Below are positions 53,756 to 54,504 of a stretch of 54,504 nt of DNA, piece by piece. Below the pieces are notes generated by a model, which saw only the letters and a program-made list of their open reading frames with translations, ran no database searches and was not told where the DNA came from. Position 1 is the first letter of the stretch; each line of letters starts with the position of its first letter. The stretch lies in assembly GCA_964012875.1 (NCBI GenBank), contig CAXGUU010000001.1, positions 1-54,504 on the forward strand. Reading direction: 5' to 3'. The translations under genes were made by a program, and so were the position numbers. Source of the stretch: an uncultured bacterium (GTDB lineage Bacteria > Pseudomonadota > Gammaproteobacteria > Ga0077536).

Positions 53756-54504
53756 ATGGACGCTTGTGGCATGGTCGGACGCACCAAGGACTATTTCTCA
53801 AAACAGTCGAAGGCCTACCAGCAGTTTCGACCGAGTTATCCGCAGGCCCTGTTCGATTTTTTTGAATCGCTCCTGCCCGATGGTGCAATCATCTGGGATT
53901 GTGCCGCCGGCAGCGGGCAGGCCAGCGTCCATTACAGCGACAAGGTGGCCTGCGTCGTTGCCACCGATCAGAGTGATAAGCAGCTCGCCCACGCGCCGGC
54001 GCATCCGCGGGTTCACTATGCCCAGTCGATGGCGGAAGTGACCCCGTTCCCGGACCACAGCGTCGATATGGTGACGGTTGCGCAGGCACTGCACTGGTTC
54101 GACTTCGACGCTTTTTTCCGGGAAGCAAAGCGTGTCGTCAGGCCGGGCGGCGTGGTCGCGGCCTGGACCTACAGTTTCCTGGACGTGACCCGGGCGCTCG
54201 GCACGGAAATCGACGCCGCTATACGCACTTTTTACTACGATGTGATCGGACCCCACTGGCCACCTGAGCGACGCTTCGTCGATGAGCGTTACACCACCAT
54301 CCCGTTCCCGCTGGCGCCAATCGAGGCACCGCAAATTTCTATCGAGGTCAGTTGGGATCTGGACGGCGTGATGGGGTATCTGGCGACGTGGTCTTCAGTG
54401 CAACGATACAAGGACGCCGGGTTCGACGATCCGCTGCCGGAGTTCCGGCGGATGCTTGAGGCGGTGTGGCCGACCGACGAGGTACTCGGGCCCGTTCATT
54501 GGCC
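53756..54504 (+). CDS. Class I SAM-dependent methyltransferase (Methyltransf_11-like), 3' end outside window
   Basis: Not in the ORF track because it has no stop in the window. My translation is M(DACGM)VGRTKDYFSKQSKAYQQFRPSYP...IWDCAAGSGQAS...VVATDQS...PFPDHSVDMVTVAQALHWFD...VVRPGGVVAAW. The alternative start is ATG 53771. Confidence 0.8.
   Translation, partial: MDACGMVGRTKDYFSKQSKAYQQFRPSYPQALFDFFESLLPDGAIIWDCAAGSGQASVHYSDKVACVVATDQSDKQLAHAPAHPRVHYAQSMAEVTPFPDHSVDMVTVAQALHWFDFDAFFREAKRVVRPGGVVAAWTYSFLDVTRALGTEIDAAIRTFYYDVIGPHWPPERRFVDERYTTIPFPLAPIEAPQISIEVSWDLDGVMGYLATWSSVQRYKDAGFDDPLPEFRRMLEAVWPTDEVLGPVHW

Noticed and set aside
1-54504. Search for tRNA, rRNA, CRISPR arrays, tandem repeats, transposases, integrases, phage genes or toxin-antitoxin pairs
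   Set aside because: I saw none on reading both strands. The intergenic regions contain no cloverleaf-like GTTCGAATC-type arms, no regularly spaced direct repeats and no recombinase-like ORFs. This was a by-eye search, so tRNAscan-SE, Infernal and a repeat finder should confirm it.

Overview
This is a 54.5-kb, GC-rich bacterial chromosomal segment (high-50s %GC by eye). The protein content suggests a gammaproteobacterium, possibly marine, but that is low confidence. About 50 tightly packed genes lie on both strands, and most encode oxidoreductases or catabolic enzymes. They include six luciferase-like (LLM) oxidoreductases, a Baeyer-Villiger monooxygenase, two SDRs, GST-family proteins plus a glutathionyl-hydroquinone reductase, two acyl-CoA carboxyltransferases with a stand-alone biotin carrier, HyuA/HyuB, a molybdopterin oxidoreductase, and SSS, MFS and MscS membrane proteins. 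I found no rRNA, tRNA, CRISPR array, transposase, integrase or recognisable DNA-binding transcription factor. Five observations stand out. (1) Two same-frame ORFs at 25428..26069 are separated only by a TGA and read through to a protein with a U-G-S-C motif, a candidate selenoprotein. It sits in a transporter / selenoprotein / CGPC-motif protein / FAD-oxidase operon of unknown function. (2) A near-invariant 16-nt element, GAATTNAATATACTGT, occurs four times, always 20-36 nt upstream of a start codon, as inverted pairs in two divergent promoter regions 30 kb apart. It links the selenoprotein operon to an LLM/thioesterase operon. (3) A fossil modA'-'modC fusion lacks modB and carries an in-frame TAG. 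(4) A Ser/Thr kinase gene carries both an in-frame TGA and a G5-run frameshift. (5) A 26%-GC island lies between convergent genes. All function calls come from reading motifs by eye; no database search was run.
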